Assembly: GCA_963829055.1 (NCBI GenBank)
Contig: CAWHHI010000004.1
Location: 768,001-832,000, forward strand
Source of the DNA: an uncultured Gemmatimonadaceae bacterium
GTDB taxonomy: Bacteria > Gemmatimonadota > Gemmatimonadetes > Gemmatimonadales > Gemmatimonadaceae
Reading direction: 5' to 3'
Length of the DNA: 64,000 nucleotides
Below the pieces are notes generated by a model that worked only from the letters and a program-made list of their open reading frames with translations, was not told the DNA's origin and searched no databases. Position 1 is the stretch's first letter, and every line of letters starts with the position of its first letter. This document shows positions 21,096-30,893 of this stretch, piece after piece. Both the position numbers and the translations under genes were made by a program.

Positions 21096-21836
21096 ATGGC
21101 GTGGACGCCGGCCGACTGCCACGCGCATTCGACCATGTCTGACGGCGCGCTCGACGTGGCCGAGCTCGTCGAGCGCGTCACCGCCCGTGGCGTTAGGCCG
21201 AGCGTGAGCGATCACGTGTCGCGTGACGTCACTGGCGCCGTCGATTCCGTCGACGCCGTCCGCGAATACCTCGATGTGCTCGACCGTTACCCCGTGGCGC
21301 GGGGCGGCGAGTTCTGCTGGCACGACACGCTCTGGCGTGAGCTTCCCGACGACCTCGCGGCGCGATTCACCCATCGCCTGGGCTCTCTGCACGCGATCTT
21401 CCTCGACGACGGCATGCTGGTGCACGCGTTCTCCAAGCGGTATCCGACATCGCTGTCCCCTGCGGCGTATATGAACGCGCTCATCGCGAACGCCGAGCGA
21501 ATGGCGGCGACCATGCCCGTCGACATCCTGGCGCATCCCACGCTCGTCACGCTGTCGCTCCGCAACCTGCCGGTGGAGGAGCTGTGGACCGAGGAGCACG
21601 AGGAGCGTCTCGTGAACGCGCTGTTCGAGGCCGGCAAGGCGTTCGAGGTATCGTCGCGATACAAGCCGCACGAGCGGCTCGTTAGGCGCGCCGTCGACCG
21701 GGGCGTTCGCCTCTCGCTCGGGTCCGACGGGCACACCGCCGAGCAGGTCGGGGATCTCACCTTTTCGCTCACGCTCGCGCGCCATTGCGGCGCGCGGGAC
21801 GAGGATCTCTTCGATCCGTACGAGCGAGGCCCGTGA
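21096..21836 (+). CDS. PHP domain phosphoesterase
   Basis: DCHAHSTMSDG, SDH, GSLH, ILAHP, LGSDGH. Confidence 0.88.
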   Translation: MAWTPADCHAHSTMSDGALDVAELVERVTARGVRPSVSDHVSRDVTGAVDSVDAVREYLDVLDRYPVARGGEFCWHDTLWRELPDDLAARFTHRLGSLHAIFLDDGMLVHAFSKRYPTSLSPAAYMNALIANAERMAATMPVDILAHPTLVTLSLRNLPVEELWTEEHEERLVNALFEAGKAFEVSSRYKPHERLVRRAVDRGVRLSLGSDGHTAEQVGDLTFSLTLARHCGARDEDLFDPYERGP

Positions 21837-21861
21837 ACGCAGCGAACGCAGTGAACGCACC

Positions 21862-23233
21862 ATGATCCGCTACCACGCACGCTGGGTGTTACCCATATCA
21901 CGACCGCCGCTCGAGAACGCGACGGTCGTCGAGCATGAGGGCCGAATCGTGTTTGTCGGCGGCCCCGCTGACGCCCCACCCGGCACGGACGTGGACCTCG
22001 GCGACGTCGCGCTGCTCCCCGGTCTCGTGAACGCGCACACTCACCTCGAGCTCACCGTGATGCGCGGTTTCCTCGAGGACCTCGCGTTTCGCTCGTGGAT
22101 CACGCGCCTCACACGGGCGCGCCGCGCCGCACTCTCGCCCGACGCGCTCGTCGAGTCGGCTCGCGCCGGAATCGCCGAGGGGCTGCTCGCTGGCATTACC
22201 ACGTACGCAGACACGAACGAATCCGGCGCTCCGTTTCGAGCGCTGCTACAGATGGGCGTGCGCGGCATCGCGTATCAGGAAGTGTTTGGTCCTGACCCGG
22301 CGCAATGCGCGGAGGCGCTCGGCGGATTGCGCGCCAAGGTCGACGTGCTCCGTCGCGACGAAAGCACGCTGGTGAGCGTTGGCGTGTCTCCGCATGCGCC
22401 ATATTCGGTGTGCGACGCGCTGTTCGAGGCGACTGCGAAGTACGCACGCGAGGACGGGCTGCCGGTCGCCGTCCACATCGCCGAGAGCGAGGACGAATCC
22501 AGTCTGGTTCGGCATGCCACGGGGCTCTGGGCCGACGATCATCGGCAGCGGGGAATACCGACGGTTTCGCGCGGTGCCTCTCCGATTCGCATGCTGGAGC
22601 GGACCGGTGTGCTCGACGCCCGGCCCCTGCTCATCCACTGCGTTCGCGCGGACGCCGACGACATCGGCGTCATCGCTCGTCACGACTGCTCGGTCGCCCA
22701 CTGTCCGGCATCGAACGCGAAGCTGGGCCACGGGATCGCGCCGCTGTTCGCGATGCTCGAAGCCGGAATCCGCGTCGGCCTCGGCTCGGACTCGGTCGCG
22801 AGTAACAACCGAATGGATCTGCTCGACGAAGCCCGTCTGGCGATCCTCATGCAGCGAGCGGTGCTCGAGCGCCACGACATCGTCAGCGCGTCGGTGGCGC
22901 TCGAGCTCGCGACGTTAGGCAGCGCACGCGCGATCGGCCTTGGCGCGGAGATCGGGTCGCTGGACGTCGGCAAGGCGGCAGACCTGGCTGCGTTCCGGCT
23001 CGATCAGCCGCGGTCGATGCCGGTCTACGATCCCGCGACGGCCCTCGTGTTCTCGACTTCAGGACCCGCGGCGACGTTCGTTGCCGTGGCCGGCCGGCCG
23101 CTCGTGCGCGATGGACGCCTCGTCGGCGATGCCGCCAAGCGCACCAAGCGTCGATGCCGCCGCCAACGCGCTCGCCGACTGGTCGCGTCGCGACCCCGGC
23201 GCGTTCCCGGCGCCCACCGCCATTACCCGTTAG
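21862..23233 (+). CDS. Amidohydrolase (MTA/SAH deaminase-like); probable indel near 23135
   Basis: PGLVNAHTHLE, SPHAPYS, HIAES, AHCPASN.KLG.G, LGSDS..SNN, GKAADL; as-is ORF ends at 23310. Confidence 0.88.
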
Positions 23234-23370
23234 GTACCGGAGCCCGCCACCGCCTCCTCGAGGGCAAGAAATTCCGCGCCGGGCTGGTCAGGCATGTGGG
23301 CTGCTCCTGAGCGGCGTTTCGTGCGGGTCGTTATCATCCAAGCTGCCCCATCACCTACAGGGTTACACCG

Positions 23371-24324
23371 ATGACCGATCGCTCTGCCGGACCAACCGCG
23401 AAGATCTGGCGAGACGGCGAGCTCGTGAACTGGGAGGACGCGACCATCCACGTGATGAGTCATGTCGTCCATTATGGATCGAGTGTCTTCGAGGGAATTC
23501 GCTGCTACGAGACGCCCTCAGGCGGCGCCATCTTCCGTCTGCGCGAGCACATGCGCCGGCTCCACGGCTCCTGCAAGATCTACCGGATGCCGATGAAGTG
23601 GTCGGTCGAGGAGCTGATGCAGGCGACGGTCGACACCGTTGCGGCGAACGATCTCCGTACGTGCTACCTGAGACCGGTTGCGGTCCGGACCGGCGAGCAG
23701 ATGGGATTTTACCCCATCGGCATTCCCGTCGAAACGTTCATCATCGCGTACAACTGGGGCGCTTACCTCGGCCATGAGGCGCTCGTCAACGGAGTAGACG
23801 TGCATGTGTCGAGCTGGCGTCGAGCCGCACCAGACACGTTCCCCACGCTGGCCAAGGCTGGCGGCAACTACCTGAACTCCCAGCTTTCCAAGGCGCAGGC
23901 CCGGGTCGACGGGTACGCTGAGGGAATCATGCTCGATTCGTTCGGGTACGTGGCGGAAGGCAGCGGCGAGAACCTGTTCCTCGTTCGTGACGGAGCGTTG
24001 TACACGTCGCCGGTCGCGGCGGGGATCCTGCACGGCATTACACGCGACTCCGTGATGCGCATTGCGCGCGATCTCGGCTACGAGGTCCGAGAGCAGAATA
24101 TCCCGCGCGAGATGCTTTATCTCGCCGACGAGCTATTCTTCTCTGGTACAGCGGCAGAGCTCACCCCGATTCGTTCGGTCGATCGGATCGAGATCGGGAG
24201 TGGAAAGCCGGGTCCGATCACGCTTGCGATTCAGGAGCGGTACATGGCGATCGTGAAAGGACGAGTCCCTGATCCGTATGGCTGGCTAACGCCGGTCCCG
24301 ACGCCCGTTGCGGCCGGCGCCTGA
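23371..24324 (+). CDS. ilvE: Branched-chain amino acid aminotransferase
   Basis: HYGSSVFEG, YLRP, AKAGGNY, EGSGENLF, ILHGITR, GTAAE. Confidence 0.96.
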   Translation: MTDRSAGPTAKIWRDGELVNWEDATIHVMSHVVHYGSSVFEGIRCYETPSGGAIFRLREHMRRLHGSCKIYRMPMKWSVEELMQATVDTVAANDLRTCYLRPVAVRTGEQMGFYPIGIPVETFIIAYNWGAYLGHEALVNGVDVHVSSWRRAAPDTFPTLAKAGGNYLNSQLSKAQARVDGYAEGIMLDSFGYVAEGSGENLFLVRDGALYTSPVAAGILHGITRDSVMRIARDLGYEVREQNIPREMLYLADELFFSGTAAELTPIRSVDRIEIGSGKPGPITLAIQERYMAIVKGRVPDPYGWLTPVPTPVAAGA

Positions 24325-24513
24325 ACCGGATGATGATGCAGGGACTTGGGTCGGGAGGAGTCATCTTGTTCTCCCATCGGCACTTTACTACGTTGCGAGG
24401 GGTCTAACACTCGGCGAGAGCCAGCCTCGTCGATGGACGGTGCCGCAAGAGAACTCGCACTCCCGCGCGGATGGTTCCGGCGGGAGTTCGCATACGCACC
24501 GACGGAGGTGTGC

Positions 24514-25104
24514 GTGATCCTTGGGTGTCTGGCACTAAACGCGTCGTTCGAACCGCTGACCATGGTTCCCATGCGTCGGGCGCTTCGGCTCGTCATTGAC
24601 GGGAAGGCCGAGATCGTCGAGGCCGATCCCGATCGTGTCGTGCGCTCCGAGCGGCTGACCATGCCCCGCCCGGCGGTGATCCGGCTCACGAAGTTCATCC
24701 ACGTGCCGCGACGCTTCCGACGCCAGGTGACGAACACCTTCCTGTTCGCCCGGGATCACTACCGCTGCCAGTACTGTGGACGCACGCAGGCCGAGCTTCG
24801 TCTGCGTGAGTCGCTGACTCGGGATCACCTTATTCCGCTGTCGCGGGGCGGCACGAACGACTGGAGCAACGTCGTGACGGCCTGCAGCCCGTGCAACACG
24901 CGTAAGGCGAACCGTCTGCCGAGCGAGATCGGGATGCACCCGATGACGCACCCGGTCGAGCCGCACTTCGTGCACCTGAGCTGGGCGGTCCGACGCCTCA
25001 CGCCGACACAGGCGCGCTATATCCGTCTCTTCTACGGTGCCGAGGTCTTGCACCAGATAGAGGAACTGGAAGGAAGAAGCCGCTCAGTCGGGAATCGGGA
25101 ATAG
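24514..25104 (+). CDS. HNH endonuclease
   Basis: GGAGG before GTG; LALNASFEPL, RDHYRCQYCG, TRDHLIPLSRGG..WSNVVTACSPCNTRK. Confidence 0.92.
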   Translation: MILGCLALNASFEPLTMVPMRRALRLVIDGKAEIVEADPDRVVRSERLTMPRPAVIRLTKFIHVPRRFRRQVTNTFLFARDHYRCQYCGRTQAELRLRESLTRDHLIPLSRGGTNDWSNVVTACSPCNTRKANRLPSEIGMHPMTHPVEPHFVHLSWAVRRLTPTQARYIRLFYGAEVLHQIEELEGRSRSVGNRE

Positions 25105-25107
25105 AAG

Positions 25108-25175
25108 GATTGGGTCAGAGTAAAAACGGGGTCAGAGTCAACCGACTCTGACCCCGTTTTTACTCTGACCCAATC
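25108..25175. repeat. Perfect 32-bp hairpin built from GGGTCAGAGT units, between convergent genes
   Basis: GATTGGGTCAGAGTAAAAACGGGGTCAGAGTC, loop AACC, then the exact reverse complement. Confidence 0.9.
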
Positions 25176-25240
25176 GCGCCTTCGGTGTTCACTCAGCGTC
25201 ACCCGCAACCAGCACGACCACCCAGCGACCAGCGTGCAGT

Positions 25241-25939
25241 TTACTTCCCGGTTCTGAATGTTTCGGTCCGCTGCTCATACCGGCGCTTTTCGCCCCCGAG
25301 CAGCCGAGTTGCCAGAGTGGAAAGTCCCCGGCCTAACGCGGTCCCCGGATTTCGTTTGCCGCGCACCGCGGGACGCAGCTCGCCGCTCAGCCAGCGTTCC
25401 ACTTCATCGAGATCGGACATCGACAGCACTTCGACCTCGAGGGACACGATGTAGTACTGACGGGCGCGGGCGCGTCGGGCCGGAAGCGGCGCCGTGTACG
25501 GGCGAGCGATCGCCGCCTGCGCGTCCTCATAGCGTTCGAAGCGGCCGAGGTTCTCTGCCTTGTTCCCGATCACCCTCGCCACCCGGTACGTCTTGGTCAG
25601 CGGCTCGTAGCGAACGAACACGTCCCACTCGATCGACGCCTCGATGTCATCGAACCAGCCACCGCGCGACCACAGATCGGCACGGTAATGCAGGTTCGCG
25701 GGGAAGCCGTTCTGCAGCAGCTTCTGCAGTTCGCGATCGGCGATGACGTTCGCGGTGCGAATGACCGGTCCGGCGGGAGCGGGCGATGCGGCAGGCAGCG
25801 ATACGTCGATTCCCGCAGCCTGCTGCACAATGGCAGGCGCGTCCGCGCGATCAGGCTGGTCGCGGCGCGCCGACTGCTGCGCAATCGCAGCAGTGGCCAT
25901 GGATACCACCAGAACCAGCGCGCCCGCGAACGATTGCAC
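25241..25939 (-). CDS. Exported protein, DUF4390-like
   Basis: Signal peptide; LQNGFP..LHY..L, W, VRYEPLTKTYRV pattern resembling DUF4390; two-component locus context. Confidence 0.6.
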   Translation of the reverse strand: MQSFAGALVLVVSMATAAIAQQSARRDQPDRADAPAIVQQAAGIDVSLPAASPAPAGPVIRTANVIADRELQKLLQNGFPANLHYRADLWSRGGWFDDIEASIEWDVFVRYEPLTKTYRVARVIGNKAENLGRFERYEDAQAAIARPYTAPLPARRARARQYYIVSLEVEVLSMSDLDEVERWLSGELRPAVRGKRNPGTALGRGLSTLATRLLGGEKRRYEQRTETFRTGK

Positions 25940-25942
25940 GGT

Positions 25943-27688
25943 CTAGAACCGTTTGCCAACGCGAATAAAAAAGTTCGGCGGTTCCTTCGAGTCCGACACG
26001 GACTTCGCGACGTACAGCCCGAAGAGGCCGGCGTCGAACCCAGCGCCGATGTCCGTCTTGAACGTACCGAGCGACGGCAGGTCACCCTTCGGATATTGCA
26101 AGTCGCCGATGCGCTCGCCGACGAGCCACCCGCGTCCGGCGTCCGTGAACACCACCCACTGAGCGCGGTGCTGCCAGCCGCTGTTGCGCCACGAATTGAA
26201 GTGGAGATTGTCGAACAGCGACATCCAGAGATCGCCGCGATACTCCGCCTGCACGAGCACCATCCGCTCGCACTGCGCCGGCACGCCTAACGGGATGGTG
26301 GCACCATCGCTGCATTGACGAACGTCAGTGTCGGACCCGGTTCGCCGGAACGGAAACCCGTCGAGCGCTCCAGGCCCGCCAAGAGAAAACCGGCGCTGGA
26401 GTGGTAGCTCGTCTCCGTTCAGCCAACCGCCGGCCACGACGCGGAAGTTGAGCTGTCCTTCGGGCGACAGACGGTTATAGCGCCGGAGATCGAGGAACCC
26501 ACGCGAATAGGCCATGGAACCAGCCGACGCTGCGTCGCGTACGCCGGGTGACGTCGGACCTAACGCCGTGAGTGCGCCGGTGCCCCGCTCGTAATCAGCC
26601 GTGATCTTCCAGCCCGATCGCGGATCATCATTATCGCTGCGCGTATCGATGCGCAGGGTCCCATTCGCGACGTGCAGCGTGCCTTCGTCGAGCGTGGGGT
26701 TCGGACGCCAGTCCTGGCCGTTCCGGAAGAGCGTGAATGGATCGAGCGTGTTCAGTGATACCCAGCGCTCATCGCTGAGGGACGCGGTGACGTCGACGCT
26801 CCTCGAGAGCGAGAACCTGACGTAACCGGACCCGCCGTGGCGGCTGTAGTAGTCGCGGAAGTCTCGGTGCAGGAAGAACGATGACAGCCCGACCTCGGCA
26901 TCGGACAACTGCCACGCCTCCACCGGATCCACCACGTCGAACAGCCGCCCGCCGATCGCCAGGCCCTCGGCACGGCCAAACGACAGCTCGGTCTTCAGGT
27001 TGTGGCCGACGGTCTGCGAGTTCCACTCGAGCTGATCGCCCGTCCTGAACACGCCGAGCGCATCGATCTCGAAGCGGCCGTCGCCGAAGCGATGACCGAA
27101 TGACGGGCCGATGAGAATCGGCAGGCCCTCGACGCGATTGTAGGTCTTGGCCGACACGAGGCGCAGTTGACTGTAGTTGCGCGAGTGCCAGTTCTGACGC
27201 CATCGCCACCAGCGTGCATCCTCCTCGCTCGACCCGGACGCGATCAGGTGGTCCCCTTCGCGCCGGTACGTGAGGCGTTGCTTGTACGTCCGGACGTCTC
27301 CGCCAATGAACGCGTCGTCCTTCCCATCGACGCCTCCGCCGACGACGATGATCTGCCCTTCGACGCGCGCACCTGGCTTGAGGATCACGTCCGAGTTGAT
27401 CGCGACCACGCGTCCGTTCACGCGCCCGGCAATCGTGAGCGGCCCGTTCAGAACCGCGACGTCACCGGGGATGACGCGGTCCGCTTCGATCTCGTAGGCG
27501 CCGGTGGCGCGGACGGTCGTCCCCGAGTTGAACGCGTCCGTGACCTCGCGCTCGATCTCAGGAGGTAAAAGCCGGGTATCGAGAACCGTGTCGCGCGGCG
27601 TTGCCGGCTGCTGCGCGCCGACCGGCGTGAGAGGAGCGACCGCGCACATCAACGTGGCGAGTGCGCGAGTCGCGAAGAGCTTCTTCAT
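25943..27688 (-). CDS. Outer membrane protein: N-terminal beta-helix-like repeats plus BamA/Omp85-like barrel
   Basis: Signal peptide, GDVAVLNG/GRVVAINS/GQIIVVGG repeats, YNRVEG, RFSLGG..LDGF, FTDAG, terminal Phe. Confidence 0.78.
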   Translation of the reverse strand: MKKLFATRALATLMCAVAPLTPVGAQQPATPRDTVLDTRLLPPEIEREVTDAFNSGTTVRATGAYEIEADRVIPGDVAVLNGPLTIAGRVNGRVVAINSDVILKPGARVEGQIIVVGGGVDGKDDAFIGGDVRTYKQRLTYRREGDHLIASGSSEEDARWWRWRQNWHSRNYSQLRLVSAKTYNRVEGLPILIGPSFGHRFGDGRFEIDALGVFRTGDQLEWNSQTVGHNLKTELSFGRAEGLAIGGRLFDVVDPVEAWQLSDAEVGLSSFFLHRDFRDYYSRHGGSGYVRFSLSRSVDVTASLSDERWVSLNTLDPFTLFRNGQDWRPNPTLDEGTLHVANGTLRIDTRSDNDDPRSGWKITADYERGTGALTALGPTSPGVRDAASAGSMAYSRGFLDLRRYNRLSPEGQLNFRVVAGGWLNGDELPLQRRFSLGGPGALDGFPFRRTGSDTDVRQCSDGATIPLGVPAQCERMVLVQAEYRGDLWMSLFDNLHFNSWRNSGWQHRAQWVVFTDAGRGWLVGERIGDLQYPKGDLPSLGTFKTDIGAGFDAGLFGLYVAKSVSDSKEPPNFFIRVGKRF

Positions 27689-27916
27689 GCGATCTCCGAG
27701 GAGGAATCGAGTCGCGCACACGCTAGGCACTGTCCATACCGGTGCCTGACCAGAGTCCTGAGGCACGGTACCGACAAACACCGCAACGGGTTCCCGAATC
27801 CGCAAGATACCACCCGCCTTGTCCCGGTGTCCTTTCGTGAGGTCGTGGGTGTGTCGGGCCGTTACGCCGTCCGCAGTAAGCGTGTCACACGCACCGAGCC
27901 CGGAACGGCGCGCGGG

Positions 27917-29357
27917 CTAGGCGCGGCGCGACTCGACGGGCGAGCTCGACGGCGTGTCTGCACGCTCGCTCCGATCCCCTCGATCGGGTTCGACGATGCC
28001 GAGTCGCTTCATCCTGCGGTACAGGTTCGGCCGATCCGTTTGCAGCCTGCGCGCGGCCTCTGCGATGTTGCCGCCCGCGACGGAGAGTGCGCGTGTGATG
28101 AGAACGCGCTCGTATTCATCGAGCGTATCGGTAAGCGGAGTATCCAGCGCCGCCGCGTTAGGTAGCGTCGGAGGGTGCGGGGAACGCGCTGACGCCACCG
28201 GCAGCACTTCACGCACGTCGTCACTCGTGACCTGGCGGCCGGGGTAGAGAATCGCGAGTCGCTCCACGATGTTCGCGAGCTCGCGGATGTTCCCTGGCCA
28301 GCGATGCCGCGCGAGCGCGTCGAGCGCGTCGGCGCTCCACGACGTGAGCGGCTGCCCGGTGCGTCCGCGGTGCAGGGCGGAGAAATGGCGTACGAGGGCT
28401 GGGATGTCGTCCGGCCGTTCGCGCAGTGGGGGGATCGCGAGCGGAATGACGTTCAGCCGAAAGAACAGGTCCTCGCGGAACGTGCCGTCCTCGACAGCGC
28501 GCGTGAGGTCCTTGTTCGTTGCCGAGAGGATGCGAACGTCGATCCGGATGGGTTTTCCCCCGCCGACGCGCTCGATCTCACCGGACTCGATCGCCCGCAA
28601 CAGCTTTGCCTGGGCCTCGGCACCGAGGTCCCCAACCTCGTCCAGGAGCAGCGTGCCGCGGTCTGCCAGCTCGAAGCGGCCGATGCGGCGCTCTGTCGCA
28701 CCGGTGAACGCGCCTCGCTCGTGACCGAACATTCTCGCTCTCGACGAGATCGCGTGGAATGGCCGCGCAGTTGACCCGAATGAACGGCCGATCCTTGCGT
28801 GCTCCTCCGGCGTGAATCGCCGCAGCGACGAGCTCCTTGCCCGTTCCTGATTCCCCGGTGATCAGCACGCGCGCGTCCGACGGTGCGACGCGCGCGATCA
28901 TGTCGCGCACTCGCCGGAGCGCAGGGCTCTGGCCGATCATCTCGCCGGCGAGCCCGAGGTCGGCGCGCAGGACGCGTGCTTCTCGCCTTGCGTGCCGCAG
29001 CTCGAGCGCCGATGACAGTGCCAGCAGCACGCCTTCAGGCGTGAGCGGCTTCTCGAGGAAGTTGAACGCACCGAGCTTGGTGGCGTGCACCGCATCGCTC
29101 AGCCCGGCGCGACCGCTCATCATGACGACAGGCAACTCGGGCGTGCGCTCGCGAAGGGCGGCGAGAACGGCCATGCCGTCCATCTCGCCGGGCATCATGA
29201 GGTCGACGAGCGCGACGTCGGGCTCCGCCTCGGTCGCGAGCGCGACACCGCGGGCGCCATCGGGCGCCTCACGGACCTCGTAGCCTTCCGAAGTGAGCAA
29301 CGCGCCCACCATGCGGCGGATGTTCGGCTCGTCGTCAACGATGAGGACGGAGGGCAC
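27917..29357 (-). CDS. Sigma-54-dependent response regulator (NtrC/NtrX family); frameshift near 28735
   Basis: VLIVDDE receiver, GESGTGKE, VNCAAIP, GAFTGA, LLLDEVG, FREDLFFRLN, WPGNIREL, Fis-type HTH. Confidence 0.95.
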
Positions 29358-29363
29358 GACCGC

Positions 29364-29943
29364 CTAACGTGCTTCGCGCGCGCGCAGCGGAACAGCGACG
29401 CGGTCGGCGCCGGGATCTCCCTGCGGGAGCGAGCGCATCTCGGCCATGACCTTCGTCGTGAAGCGCTGGCCTTCGGAGATGCGCTCGACCTCTACGGCGA
29501 TCGATTCTACCGCCTGCTCGATGCGCTCGAGTCGTGCGCGCGTATCGGAATCGGCTCCGGGCGTAACCGCGTTGCGCCTGTCCATGCGTCGCGCGATTGC
29601 CCGTGCGATGGGGAATCCGATCGCGATCACGGCGCACATGATGAAGAACGCCACGGAGATGATGATCGCCCCTTCAGGAACCTGCGGCCCGGAGTTCGGA
29701 AACGGCGGGAACATTATTTCCGGCCGTCCATTCCGCCCGGCACGCCCGGCCTCGCGTTGCGCGTCGCGAATGGCGCGCGCCGCTTCACGGGCGGCCTCGC
29801 GTGCAGCCTGCGCGGCCTCCTGCGCAGCCTGCTGCGCTTCCTGTTGGGCGGCGGCTGCTTGCTGTTGCGCCGCCTGCTGCCTGTGTCTGCGCCTGTGCCT
29901 GCGCCTGCTGCGGGCCTGCCACTGCGATCGGTTCAACGGCCAT
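29364..29943 (-). CDS. Membrane protein of the EQA..EVER..EGQRF family, paralogue D (Gln/Ala-rich N-extension); indel near 29882
   Basis: GGAGG-AAACC-ATG at 29943; TM segment then RARLERIEQAVESIAVEVERISEGQRFTTKVM. Confidence 0.8.
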
Positions 29944-30268
29944 GGTTTCCTCCATTTCCATTCGTTCCATCGGCGCCCAGGCGACGGTTTGCGGACGACC
30001 CGACGCCCTCACCGAAACGCTCGGCCAGCAACTTTGTCGTGAAACGCTGGCCCTCCGACATCCGCTCCACCTCGATCGCAATGGTGTCGACGGCCTGTTC
30101 GATGCGCGACATGCGATCCTGAACGTCCGGCGAGAGATCGGGTTGCGAGGCCTTCTTGCGAACTTGCAGACTCTGCACGTACGCCTGCCCGATCGAGACG
30201 ACCGTGATGGCGACGGTCGCACAGACGCCCAACGCGATGATCGCTTGTGCTGCGTCGTTCATGAGCAT
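29933..30268 (-). CDS. Small membrane protein, same family, paralogue C
   Basis: GGAGG upstream; TM segment then DRMSRIEQAVDTIAIEVERMSEGQRFTTKLL. Confidence 0.85.
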   Translation of the reverse strand: MLMNDAAQAIIALGVCATVAITVVSIGQAYVQSLQVRKKASQPDLSPDVQDRMSRIEQAVDTIAIEVERMSEGQRFTTKLLAERFGEGVGSSANRRLGADGTNGNGGNHGR

Positions 30269-30289
30269 GATCCGGGTCCTCCGCGTTCT

Positions 30290-30583
30290 CTACGAGTTAC
30301 GATTCGCGTCCGAGAGCGGCAAGGCAACGCGCTCCGGTGATCGATCGGTCATGAGCCGCGTCACGAACCGCTGCCCCTCGGCGATCCGCTCCACCTCGAT
30401 CGACATTGCGTCGATCGCCTGCTCGATGCGCTCGAGCCGCGCCGCGGTATCGGGCTGCTGGGCGGGCAGGGCACTCTGGCGATCCCACCGCCTCACGAGA
30501 CCCCGGACCAGCGGAATCCCGATCGACAGGATGATCGCCGTCACGAAGAACGCAATCGGCACGACAATGTCTTCATCCCACAC
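30290..30583 (-). CDS. Small membrane protein, same family, paralogue B
   Basis: GAGAGGA before GTG 30583; TM segment then ARLERIEQAIDAMSIEVERIAEGQRFVTRLM. Confidence 0.85.
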   Translation of the reverse strand: MWDEDIVVPIAFFVTAIILSIGIPLVRGLVRRWDRQSALPAQQPDTAARLERIEQAIDAMSIEVERIAEGQRFVTRLMTDRSPERVALPLSDANRNS

Positions 30584-30596
30584 TGGTTTGATCCTC

Positions 30597-30893
30597 TCAG
30601 TCTCTGCGCGCGAGCGCGCTGTCGGGTCGACCGGCATCGGCGCGACCCGCGAGGAGCTTCGACGTGAAACGTTGTCCCTCGGCGATTCGCTCGACCTCTA
30701 CCGCAATGGCATTGATCGCCTGCTCCATACGCTCGAGCCTCGCGCCTATCTCGTTAGGCACCGATTCCGGCGAGCCGCCACGAACACCGTGTTCGATTCG
30801 TCGCGCGATGGCCCGCGCGATCGGCGCGCCGATGACGGTGATCGGAACCATTGTGAAGAGCACGATCGGGATCAGCTCACCGGGAATCCGCAC
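30597..30893 (-). CDS. Small membrane protein, same family, paralogue A
   Basis: GGAGG before GTG 30893, overlapping the kinase 3' end; TM segment then ARLERMEQAINAIAVEVERIAEGQRFTSKLL. Confidence 0.85.
   Translation of the reverse strand: MRIPGELIPIVLFTMVPITVIGAPIARAIARRIEHGVRGGSPESVPNEIGARLERMEQAINAIAVEVERIAEGQRFTSKLLAGRADAGRPDSALARRD

Noticed and set aside
24514..25104. IscB/Cas9-like RNA-guided nuclease
   Set aside because: Only about 196 aa, no RuvC motifs or PLMP domain, no array
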